Assembly: GCA_040182905.1 (NCBI GenBank) | Contig: JARQWU010000011.1 | Coordinates: 1 to 64,000 of the forward strand | Length of the DNA stretch: 64,000 nt | Reading direction: 5' to 3' | DNA from: Barthelona sp. PAP020 | Taxonomy: Eukaryota | In this document: positions 43,898 to 53,158 of the stretch, one piece after another | Numbering within the stretch: position 1 is the first letter of the stretch | Layout: each line of letters begins with the position of its first letter | The notes under the pieces: model-generated | What the model was told of the DNA's origin: nothing | Database searches by the model: none | The model's input: the letters and a program-made list of their open reading frames with translations, nothing else | Position numbers and translations under genes: made by a program

Positions 43898-44773
43898 ATG
43901 GAAACGATCTCTTTTATTAAAAACACTTTAAATGTAGAAAAATGTTTCTTAACAAAAAGAATACAAAGTTTATGGGCAGGATATGGAAATATTGATCAAT
44001 ATTGTATCAAAGAAAAACGAAAACAATATCACGTCATTTTAAAAGAAATTGTTCCTCCAAAGAATGATGAATCAGTGTCATTTCAGCGAAAAATGAAAAG
44101 TTATGAAGTTGAAATTTCATTTTATCTTAAATATTCACATTTATTATTTAACTTTTGCAAAATCCCTCAAATATTAGGTTCATATAAGAATGGAGACAAA
44201 ATTTATATTCTATTACAAGATGTTAAAGAATTGTCTTTTGATATTTCTACATTTTCACCTAATAACAAACAAATCAGGTTATGTTTGAGATGGCTTGCAT
44301 ATTTTCATGCAACATTCATGGGAATTGATGAAACAGAAACAAATGAAAATGGCCTTTGGAATATTGGTTCATATTGGCATTTGGATACAAGAATGGAAGA
44401 GTATAACAGAATGTCTAATGGAAAATTAAAGAAAAATGCTTTCATTTATGATCAACAATTGAAAGATGCACAATATCAAACATTGATTCATGGAGATGCT
44501 AAAATGGCAAATTTCCTTTTTTCTTGTGATGATGTTATTGGCTATGATTTTCAATATGTGGGAAGATCATGTGGAATGCGTGATGTGGCGTATTTGATTG
44601 GAGATTTCAGTTCAAAACGGGAAAATTGCTTTATTGATGATTATTTTCAATATTTAAAAGAAGCATTGGAAAATTTGAACTCAAAGTTTGATTTTAATGC
44701 TGTTGAAACTGAGTGGAGAGCCTTATATCCAATAGCAAAATTGGATTTTCAACGATTTCTCGAAGGTTGGTAA
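43898..44773 (+). CDS. EcKinase/choline-aminoglycoside-kinase-like phosphotransferase
   Basis: IQSLWAGYG, KSYEVE..FY, WLAYFHA, GLW..GSYWHLDTR, QTLIHGDAKMANF, DFQYVG..CG.RDVAY, DFQRFLEGW. Confidence 0.85.
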   Translation: METISFIKNTLNVEKCFLTKRIQSLWAGYGNIDQYCIKEKRKQYHVILKEIVPPKNDESVSFQRKMKSYEVEISFYLKYSHLLFNFCKIPQILGSYKNGDKIYILLQDVKELSFDISTFSPNNKQIRLCLRWLAYFHATFMGIDETETNENGLWNIGSYWHLDTRMEEYNRMSNGKLKKNAFIYDQQLKDAQYQTLIHGDAKMANFLFSCDDVIGYDFQYVGRSCGMRDVAYLIGDFSSKRENCFIDDYFQYLKEALENLNSKFDFNAVETEWRALYPIAKLDFQRFLEGW

Positions 44774-45119
44774 ATAGTTACCGTTATATAGTCTTTATTC
44801 ATAAACATATCAAATTTTTTCTGTTACTTTTGTTTCTACCTGTGTGAACTGTTTAACCCAACCGATGTTGGTACTTTTTTATAAAAGAATTATCCAAATT
44901 TTCCATGCATGTTAATTTGATGTTACCAATTGTGCATATATTGCAGAAAAAGAAATCACAATTGTTTCGGAGAGATTGTAAAGGGAGAAACATTAGTAAC
45001 ATTTTTTCACATGAAAATAAAATAAAATAAATTAAAATAAAAATAAAAAAATGAGAGTTCTTTACAAGGTGATTTTTTTTTACCCGATTGCAATTTTGTA
45101 TTCTTGCATATTTCTTTTT

Positions 45120-45318
45120 ATTTCCAAGCCAAGAAGCACTGTGCGTATGAGTGAATAAAAAAGAATAGTGTTTATTTGGTTAAAGGCTTTCGAGGCCCGA
45201 TTGATCTGTTGAAGATTCAATTGCAGCCACTCATTTTCTGTGGCTGAGATTTAATGAAATGAGTTTTCTCTGATTACTTTTTCTTTGTAAATAAATATAG
45301 TTGTTTCACAACTTGACC
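45120..45318 (+). repeat. Repeat family 2, internally deleted/chimeric copy
   Basis: The first ~93 bp nearly match 63705 onward; the rest matches the 1985-2090 subtype (ACTCATTTTCTGTGG...ATAGTTGTTTCACAACTTGACC). Confidence 0.85.
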
Positions 45319-45330
45319 AAAAATATAAAT

Positions 45331-45655
45331 TTCTACTATCAACTTCTCCAAAATTCTTGACCTTTTGCAAGTAAACATCAAGAAATTTCCTACATTTAGA
45401 TGAATTTTACTAATATCGGAGCCTTTACTCTCTTTTGAACAATAAATTCCCCAAAACTTTCACATACCACATGGGAAAGCTCTCTCCATTGGACAGACTA
45501 TGAAATAAAAAGTTAAAACTGAGAGGTTCATGAAAGAAACGCTAAACCACCAACCCACCTCCAGATATGAATAAAGATAAAGATTTATTATTTAGGAATA
45601 ACCTCTCTAGCGCCAGTTCTCAAGTTTGCAAAATTTTGGGAAACGTTTAGTACAA
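45331..45655. mobile_element. Repeat family 1, copy C
   Basis: Aligns with the reverse complement of 1280-1550 (ATCGGAGC..CTCTTTTG, TTTCACA..CCACATGGG, GAATAAAGAT, CCAGTTCT, TTTGGGAAACGTT). Arms TACTA..AACTTCTCCAAAATT / AATTTTGGGAAACGTTTAGTA. Confidence 0.65.
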
Positions 45656-45722
45656 AGGAAAAATAAAATAAAAATTGATACAATTTTATAACAATTAACT
45701 ACTAAATAGAATAAAGATTCCA

Positions 45723-48700
45723 TTATTTTGATTTCATATCCCATACATCATTTTGAATGTTGATATTGTTTTTCAAAATATCATCAATACGCTGCCTCAT
45801 CACTATAGAAGGACCATCATCTGGACAAATGCTCAAACATTGTTCAAAAAATGCAGCTGCAACAATATATTGTCTTCGACGATACAGATCTAAACCTGTA
45901 GCATATGTGGTAATCAATTCCTGCATTTCAGAACTTAATTCATCAGATTTTAGGGCAATTAATTCATAAATACGTTGAGGTAATTTCTTTCCAATAACTC
46001 TAATCACATCAATTTCACGAGTATAAAAAAATTTGTGAACTTCTTGAAATGTTGATTCTGTGATTAAATTACTAACTTTGTAATGCTTTGTAACACCTTC
46101 CAATCTGGAAGCCAAATTTACAGTATCTCCAATTACAGTATATTCCATTCTTTGAGTAGAACCAATATTTCCACATACAGCCACACCAGTACATAAACCA
46201 ATACCAATACGAATAATTTGAAGTCCATTTTCTTCACGCTCTTTATTATATCTAGCCAATGAATTCAACATGCCAAAAGCGCATCTACATGCTCTAAATG
46301 CATTATCTTCAGTGGCAATGGGTACCCCCCAAACAGCCATGACAGCATCACCAATGTATTTATCTAAAACACCTTGTTCTGATGTAATCTCCGGTACAAT
46401 GTAGTTAAAATACTCGTTAAGCATCGTGACAACATCAGTAGCATCCAAACCTTCTGATAATTGGGTATAAGAACGAATATCAGCAAATAACACAGTTACT
46501 TTATGTCTTGAACCTCCTAATTTCGAATTATCATAATTAATAATTTGAGAAGCAACAGAAGGAGACAAATATTTTGCCAAAGTTGCCATAATTTTACGTT
46601 GATTTGAGATATCTTCTAATACTACTAACAATCCTTCAAACTTTTCTCTGTCGTAAATACAATCAACAGTCATGTTACAAGTTTTATTCGATGAAACCAA
46701 CTGAAATTCTTTGATAACATGTGTTTGTTGATCAATAGCAGATTTCTCTTCAACGCTTTTTAACAAATTACCCAAAGTAAAGACCAAACGATCTTCTTTG
46801 AATAAAACATCTGTAAAAGGTAACAGATAATCACGTTCAGTTGATGTTGGAGGAAATTTGAAAAAAACTGGAAAATTATCGTTTGCCTTGGTAATCATAC
46901 CTTGGGCAGATACAAAGAATATACACAATGGTGAATTATCAAATAATGAGTTGTATAATAATGAAGGAAGATGATCAAATTTCTGCATATCTTGAGCAAT
47001 CGAAAAATTCAACATGGTGACAAAAATTGAAGAAAACACCTTCAACATTACTTCATCTGCAGAGGTGAAATATTCTTCATCAGTTTTATTCACTGCTTGA
47101 ATAAAAGCAAATGAATTCATTTGGGATACATTGGGATCAACCAATTTGCTACCAATATCCAGAACATCTTCAGAAGATATTCCCAATGTAAGTAAGGAGT
47201 AATATTGAGTCTGCCATTCATTTTCCAAAGTAGAATCCCACTCTAAAGGTGCCCAATCATACAATTCGGGTTGACTTACAGATAATACTCTGGTGTTATC
47301 ATGCATACACAGAAAAGAAATATCTGTTGCATATTTTGCCTCCAACAATAATGGAGTGTAGAAAGAATCATCAGTTGAATTTCTTCTTGTGGCTGAATAC
47401 ACTGTAGCACTTTCACTGGGTAAAGCAGTTCCGCTTTGCAAATTAGACATTGGTTTTATTTCATTAGACGATAAATTATCATTGGATAAATCACCAATAA
47501 CAGCAGACAAATCATCAGAAACAACATCTTCAACAGTAAAAGTCTCGCTTTCAGCGGCACTTAATCCTGCCAGATCCAAATTCAATCCAAAGTCTGGTAA
47601 ATTCAAATTTTCAGTGGTTGAAGCTGTATGATCTGTAGAATTCGAATTTGACGACATTTTTCTTTGCAATTTCGTTCCTGAATATGCAGGATGTGAAGTA
47701 GACACATATGTTTTCAAAATTGGCTCCAATCTGTTTATATTATGCTCTGATAACAAATGGCCTGTATTTTCAAGGGATTCAAAATGAATATATACAGCAC
47801 AATACTCACAATGCAATATTTCAGCAAGTCTGTCCAATAGAAAACGCATAGCTTTATCAAACCCATGTTTAATCAATACTTTTTCTGTAAAAATACTCAA
47901 CAATGGCACATAATCCTTTCTTAATTGAGCTTCAAAACGATGCATCATATGAAGAATTGTACCTTCATTTGCCACTTCTTCATGTAAATTTTTGAATGAC
48001 CCACTGGAAGATAGATGTGAATCGTAAGTATTCAAAGCACCACTTGAACTATCTTTTCCAAGCATTTTATTGTCACCAAATCTGTTTTCGCCACTGCTAC
48101 TAGAATGTAAATCATCAAATGAATGTGTTAAAATTGGTTGTTTCAATTTCTTTTTGCCATTTAAACGATCTTTCTTTTCATTATTTCTAGAATTCAACCA
48201 AGAAAGAAAAATAGAAGCTAATACTTCAAAATAGTTCAATTTCACTTTGCATATGCTTGTAAATAAACGTCTTTGGATAAAATAATTCACGTTATACAAA
48301 GGAAAAAGATTTTTAGCATCAGGCATATATCTTTTAGGAGTTAATATCATGAAAAATATTGTTTTAGAAGGAGAAAAGGAAGAAAATGAAGTTTTTGATT
48401 CTGTACCTGTTGAACACATTTCCAAATATACGTTATATGTAAATTTTGGCAAAAACTCAAACAATTGCTGAAGTTTTAACATACGATAAGCAATGAATTC
48501 CAAAGAAGGTAAAGGATTAGATGCTTCATCTTCTGATAACTTCAAATACAAAGTTGACTCAACACGACGACACAAATACAAATGAAAAGCACCAAACAAT
48601 GCTTCTTGTTCATCACTGTTCAGATCAAAATAATTGAAATCTAATTGAAAATTGATGTCTAAATCAGGAGGTCTAACAGTAATATTGTTAGTTTCTGAAG

Positions 48701-50981
48701 AAAGCAGTGGACTGTCACTATTTGAATTGGAATTTCTGAATATTTCAGAAACAGAACTTCTACGACGATAATCAATGGAACTTCTTCTGTTGTCAACCAA
48801 AGTTAATCCATTCAATGAGCTTCTACGAGAATTTGAACCATTTCTGGGACTGAAAGATGATGAATTCCTTCTAGTGGCACAAACAGAGTTCGGAGATATT
48901 TCTGCAATTTGAGGTAATGGGTCATTTATTGCGTGATATTTTTTCGAATTGCTAGCTTTTTTTAGCAAATCTAAATAGTCAGGATTTTCTTCCATTTCAA
49001 CCTCATAAGGCAAACCAAAGGCCAATATTTCAAGAATAGTAAAAAGACTCATATCCGTCAGCATGTTGCTGTAGAATCCTTGATCATTCTTCTTTGTGTT
49101 CAATAATTGAAACTTTAAGATCTTATTTAATCTTAACAATTGCCTAACATCAAGCGACAATTGTCCATCAGTTATAAATTCATAATTCCTCAATGATTCA
49201 TTGACTAAAGAAGAAAAATGTCCTCGACTAAACTCGTTACTGAAACTTGACATTTTTTTTGCATTGTTTGAACTTTCATTTGGACGAAAGTTTAATTTTT
49301 CAACAATGGAAGGAAAAGGAGTGAATCTAAACTTCTCAACTTCGCCAGATTGAGTTCTAAGAATGTCCATATCCTCAACTGAAACCAAAGTGTCATTATT
49401 CAAATATTGAATGCTTTCGTTTTCATGTTCATTATTAGCAAATCTTTCCAACAATACTTGATGATACCATTGAAGTTTACTATAACACATTCCCGCCTTT
49501 CCACGTCCAATGAACATAATAGGATAGCTGTGTGGAACTAACTTATAGCTGACATTTATAGCTCGTGTTCCAATTGATGACTCATAAGCATAATCCATAA
49601 CACTTGAATTAAAACGATGTAAAAAAGGATTTGCCATTGCTGCACGAGAACTTTCAAATAATCCCAAAATTCTGCGAGATAAAGTAAAAGAAATCATTGT
49701 CAATATTGAACGTTCTTCAATGGAGAAATGACCCCTATTGGAGTTGTATACGTCCAAAACCATAAAAACATGATGAGACAAACAAAATTGTTTCATACTG
49801 TTTTCAGGTAAAAAGGATTCCCAAACACTCCAATCTTGTTTTTCATTCGACAAACCTTTATCCCTGCAATAAGTATCGAATGGAATATCATCCTTCAATT
49901 TCAAATGATCCATAGTGAGGAACACAGGACAGGCAAGTTGAGAGGAAAAAATTCCCAAATCTGACACAGCAATATCAGGATGCAAAGAAGATCTTGAAAC
50001 CATAATTGGTATTCCTTGCTTTGCAGATAAACCAACAACTCCCTGACCAGGATCAATAAGCGTTTGTATAGAACTGGGACGAATTGACTCATTTGTTTTC
50101 ATTGAATTACGACGAATCTTACGATAACTGGGGACATTTAAATTGGCACTTGGTTTAGGAATTCTTGGAGTAGTAACTTGGGTACTTGTTCGTCGAGTGT
50201 TTCGATTTGTTTGTACAGTATTGAACAAGGAAAACTTTGTGTCACATCCAAATTGAACAGCCATATATACTCTTCCTCCTTCACAATTCAATGTTCTCTT
50301 TGCAAAACCATCCCAAAATTCACAAAAACCAGGCAAATCTAGAGTGTCAAAATAGCATAACTGCTCGTTAAATGTAAAGATAGGAGAATTAACCTTCGTT
50401 CTAGACTTGGGGGAAACCTTATCAAAATTACCATGAAAATTAACTTTTTCATGTTCTCCATTGATTTTATGCAATTTTGGTCTTACTTTACAACTATTTA
50501 AATTATTAGTAGCCGACAATTTCATATTTTGTTCAAATCCTTTACCAACTCCCATATCCTCAACATTGAAATTGCTTAAAGAATTTTGTTTTTGATGTAA
50601 ATATTTTTGTTTAGTCCGTTCTAATTCTTCTTTTTCACTTTGCAGTTCCTCTTTCATGCTATTATATTTAGCCTGATATAATGCAGTTAATTCTCGATTT
50701 TTGTCACGTTCTGACTTCATTTCAGTATCTTTACTAACAACAGCAGCCTTTAATTCACTTATTTGTTCCATTAAACTTTCAATTTGCTGATTCTTCTGTA
50801 AAAGCATTTGATTAACGGTAGGGCCTTCTTTAGAAATAGAATTAACATTAAATCTGGGAGATGAACTTGACATAGATCGATTCAACAAAAATGTCTTATT
50901 CTTAAAAGGAATCTTTTTAGGAATATCGGGTAATTGTAATGTACGAGGGTCATTTGGGGTATTATCAACAGTTTCTAACAT
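45723..50981 (-). CDS. Soluble class III adenylyl cyclase (coiled coil - GAF-like - PAS - cyclase - TPR)
   Basis: VLFADIRSYT, LDKYIGDAVMA, GNIGS..RMEYTVIGDTVNLASRLEG. Upstream IQAVNK....FTSADE (GAF NKFDE motif) and PAS-like IFFVSAQGMITKAN...GLLVVLEDIS. C-terminal TPR-like Y..GL.LY...Y..A...FE..L...PDDGPS. Confidence 0.92.
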   Translation of the reverse strand: MLETVDNTPNDPRTLQLPDIPKKIPFKNKTFLLNRSMSSSSPRFNVNSISKEGPTVNQMLLQKNQQIESLMEQISELKAAVVSKDTEMKSERDKNRELTALYQAKYNSMKEELQSEKEELERTKQKYLHQKQNSLSNFNVEDMGVGKGFEQNMKLSATNNLNSCKVRPKLHKINGEHEKVNFHGNFDKVSPKSRTKVNSPIFTFNEQLCYFDTLDLPGFCEFWDGFAKRTLNCEGGRVYMAVQFGCDTKFSLFNTVQTNRNTRRTSTQVTTPRIPKPSANLNVPSYRKIRRNSMKTNESIRPSSIQTLIDPGQGVVGLSAKQGIPIMVSRSSLHPDIAVSDLGIFSSQLACPVFLTMDHLKLKDDIPFDTYCRDKGLSNEKQDWSVWESFLPENSMKQFCLSHHVFMVLDVYNSNRGHFSIEERSILTMISFTLSRRILGLFESSRAAMANPFLHRFNSSVMDYAYESSIGTRAINVSYKLVPHSYPIMFIGRGKAGMCYSKLQWYHQVLLERFANNEHENESIQYLNNDTLVSVEDMDILRTQSGEVEKFRFTPFPSIVEKLNFRPNESSNNAKKMSSFSNEFSRGHFSSLVNESLRNYEFITDGQLSLDVRQLLRLNKILKFQLLNTKKNDQGFYSNMLTDMSLFTILEILAFGLPYEVEMEENPDYLDLLKKASNSKKYHAINDPLPQIAEISPNSVCATRRNSSSFSPRNGSNSRRSSLNGLTLVDNRRSSIDYRRRSSVSEIFRNSNSNSDSPLLSSETNNITVRPPDLDINFQLDFNYFDLNSDEQEALFGAFHLYLCRRVESTLYLKLSEDEASNPLPSLEFIAYRMLKLQQLFEFLPKFTYNVYLEMCSTGTESKTSFSSFSPSKTIFFMILTPKRYMPDAKNLFPLYNVNYFIQRRLFTSICKVKLNYFEVLASIFLSWLNSRNNEKKDRLNGKKKLKQPILTHSFDDLHSSSSGENRFGDNKMLGKDSSSGALNTYDSHLSSSGSFKNLHEEVANEGTILHMMHRFEAQLRKDYVPLLSIFTEKVLIKHGFDKAMRFLLDRLAEILHCEYCAVYIHFESLENTGHLLSEHNINRLEPILKTYVSTSHPAYSGTKLQRKMSSNSNSTDHTASTTENLNLPDFGLNLDLAGLSAAESETFTVEDVVSDDLSAVIGDLSNDNLSSNEIKPMSNLQSGTALPSESATVYSATRRNSTDDSFYTPLLLEAKYATDISFLCMHDNTRVLSVSQPELYDWAPLEWDSTLENEWQTQYYSLLTLGISSEDVLDIGSKLVDPNVSQMNSFAFIQAVNKTDEEYFTSADEVMLKVFSSIFVTMLNFSIAQDMQKFDHLPSLLYNSLFDNSPLCIFFVSAQGMITKANDNFPVFFKFPPTSTERDYLLPFTDVLFKEDRLVFTLGNLLKSVEEKSAIDQQTHVIKEFQLVSSNKTCNMTVDCIYDREKFEGLLVVLEDISNQRKIMATLAKYLSPSVASQIINYDNSKLGGSRHKVTVLFADIRSYTQLSEGLDATDVVTMLNEYFNYIVPEITSEQGVLDKYIGDAVMAVWGVPIATEDNAFRACRCAFGMLNSLARYNKEREENGLQIIRIGIGLCTGVAVCGNIGSTQRMEYTVIGDTVNLASRLEGVTKHYKVSNLITESTFQEVHKFFYTREIDVIRVIGKKLPQRIYELIALKSDELSSEMQELITTYATGLDLYRRRQYIVAAAFFEQCLSICPDDGPSIVMRQRIDDILKNNINIQNDVWDMKSK

Positions 50982-51061
50982 TGAAAATCATATTAACCCA
51001 TGTGAAAAATATGAAAAAAATAAATGAGGTTCAAAACACTTCTTCGTTTTTTTCCGGATTT

Positions 51062-52945
51062 ATGTCATATAGCCAAACATATACAATTACAAAACGATCG
51101 TTGGATATTCATGGAAAGGACAGATACAGGTTTCATGGAAATCCAAATGTTCCATTGATGGAAACATCGTCTGCCCACAATATTTTGTCCAATGAGAATA
51201 ATTTTCTACCCAAAATAGAAGACAGTGCTATTACAACGACAAAAGAGGAAAAGAAAACTGGTCCAGTGACTACTGCTGTGCAAACCAAGTATCGTGAACA
51301 GGATGTTCAAACAGATCCATATAATCCTGATTATATTGTTAAGGATGGGGATGATCCTGAAATTTTAAAGCTCACGGCGCTAACTTGGGGAAATGGTTTA
51401 CCTGCAAGTTTGAAAGAAGTTGAGATGATTACCAAAATGCGTGAGAGAAAAAAATTTGAACAAACTTTACCTCCTGTAACCGATGAAAAGTCATTCAAAG
51501 CACGTGTTGAAATGTTGGCTGAAGCTGATTTGAGAGAGTGGGATGACAGAGAGGCTGAAATTGCTCAATATCAAAGTGATATTCTGAATAAAAAGATTCA
51601 GGACAATAAGAATGAAATGAAAGAGTGGCAAGATAAAAGAGAGGCCTATCTTCAAATTACAAAAGCACAAAAATTCAATGAACGTCAAAGAAAGATCAAT
51701 AAAATTCAGGAAAAACGTTTGCATGGATTGAGAAAAGAAGCCAAAAAAAGATCAACCATGTTTCAACCCAACCCTGACAAAGACATTGTTGAGCGTCATG
51801 CCAATCCTGCTTCGTCTCAGTTTGCTCCTGCTGATCGTGACGGAACAGCTTTACACAACAATATGTGGGAAACACAGACAATTACGAACAATTTGACAAA
51901 ATTGAAAAATATTAAATCTTTAGAGGCTGAACTGGATAATTACCTGCAACCTGTGGATCAAATTTTGCCTGAAGTCAAAAAGAGTAATTCCAGAAAGAGT
52001 AGAATGTATAACAGTGCTCTTGATCGTGTGTTGGATTCAATAAAGAATAATCGTGACAGTGTGCGTAACTCTGAGCCTTCTTCCCGTGTTGGCACAACTC
52101 CTGGTGAACCTGTAAAAGAAATGACTAATATCCAAACGTTAGCTCTGCAACTACACGTTTCTGAAGCTGCTGTAGCTGATATGAATAGACCACCTACCCC
52201 ACACATCGCGCCATTTGAGGGATATGGAGAGAATCCTGCTGCATTCAGACTTGCTGACGCTGCCACTTTGCTGAAGTCCTTCCTGAGAGGCAGAAAGATA
52301 CAAGATGAAGTGCTTGAAATGTTTGAACACAAATTACCCCTTATTAATGAACTACGTGTTGGTGAGAAGCTTGATTCTATCGAAGAAACAATTGCCCCTG
52401 AGCTTGAAAAAGAAAGGGCAGAAAGAGTTCGCAGAAATGCGGAACAGATCGGTATTGATGCTATTACAGCACCTACTGTTGGTAAATCATTAGATTTCCT
52501 TGCAAAAGAATTGGTTCGTTTCAAAGAAAGAGAAAGAATTCAAGGTTTGGCTAAAAAGGCTGTAAATGAGAGAAATCAACGAGAACGTGAAGAAACTGAA
52601 CGCAGAGTCGATGAACACGTCAACATTGAGAGAAGAAAAGCACTTTTGAGAAGAAGACGCAATGTTCATGCACTTTCAGCAAATCACATCGTCAAACAAA
52701 TTACAAACGAAACAATTAAGGACACAGCAATTGATCAAGCCAATGACTATTTGAAGCAAAGAGCTGAACTGCTTCAAAGCGTTGGACAAGACAAAGAAGA
52801 ACCCGAGATTGTTCTGAAACAACTACTGACTGGCTTTGCCGTTCCAGAAGTAGGCAGAATGGAACTGGAAAAGTTAAAGAGAATCGAAGAAAAAGCATTG
52901 AAGTTATCTGTACAGCAAGAATTAACACAGAATAAAAATGAATAG
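51062..52945 (+). CDS. CFAP91: Cilia- and flagella-associated protein 91 (MAATS1/AAT-1)
   Basis: GKDRYRF, VQTKYREQDVQTDPY.PDY, PEIL.L..L.WG.GLPA...EV.MI...R, W..RE.EI, LRGR.IQ, LDFL.KEL.R..E..RI. Probable ATG 51062 (MSYSQT). Confidence 0.9.
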   Translation: MSYSQTYTITKRSLDIHGKDRYRFHGNPNVPLMETSSAHNILSNENNFLPKIEDSAITTTKEEKKTGPVTTAVQTKYREQDVQTDPYNPDYIVKDGDDPEILKLTALTWGNGLPASLKEVEMITKMRERKKFEQTLPPVTDEKSFKARVEMLAEADLREWDDREAEIAQYQSDILNKKIQDNKNEMKEWQDKREAYLQITKAQKFNERQRKINKIQEKRLHGLRKEAKKRSTMFQPNPDKDIVERHANPASSQFAPADRDGTALHNNMWETQTITNNLTKLKNIKSLEAELDNYLQPVDQILPEVKKSNSRKSRMYNSALDRVLDSIKNNRDSVRNSEPSSRVGTTPGEPVKEMTNIQTLALQLHVSEAAVADMNRPPTPHIAPFEGYGENPAAFRLADAATLLKSFLRGRKIQDEVLEMFEHKLPLINELRVGEKLDSIEETIAPELEKERAERVRRNAEQIGIDAITAPTVGKSLDFLAKELVRFKERERIQGLAKKAVNERNQREREETERRVDEHVNIERRKALLRRRRNVHALSANHIVKQITNETIKDTAIDQANDYLKQRAELLQSVGQDKEEPEIVLKQLLTGFAVPEVGRMELEKLKRIEEKALKLSVQQELTQNKNE

Positions 52946-53158
52946 AGGTTTTCTTTTTCTCTATTGTGCAAAAGATAGAATGCCACAGTTAATTGTCTTC
53001 AAACCAACATAAACAAACAAAAAAGCTATACAAATACTTTTACAAAACAACATAGAAAAATAGCGGGTGATTACTATGTTTATGGAAGAACCTGTGGTCA
53101 AACAAATTCAATTTGAATGGTTTTTCGATGAGAAAAACAAAGAAACCAAATCAACCTT

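Noticed and set aside
12441..44774. Trichomonas-like TAAA stop/poly(A) coupling
   Set aside because: Only about half of TAA stops are followed by A, too few to distinguish from the AT-rich background.
50939..51061. Overlap of CFAP91 and cyclase ORFs
   Set aside because: The upstream extension is T/A-tract promoter-like sequence; conserved CFAP91 sequence begins near ATG 51062.
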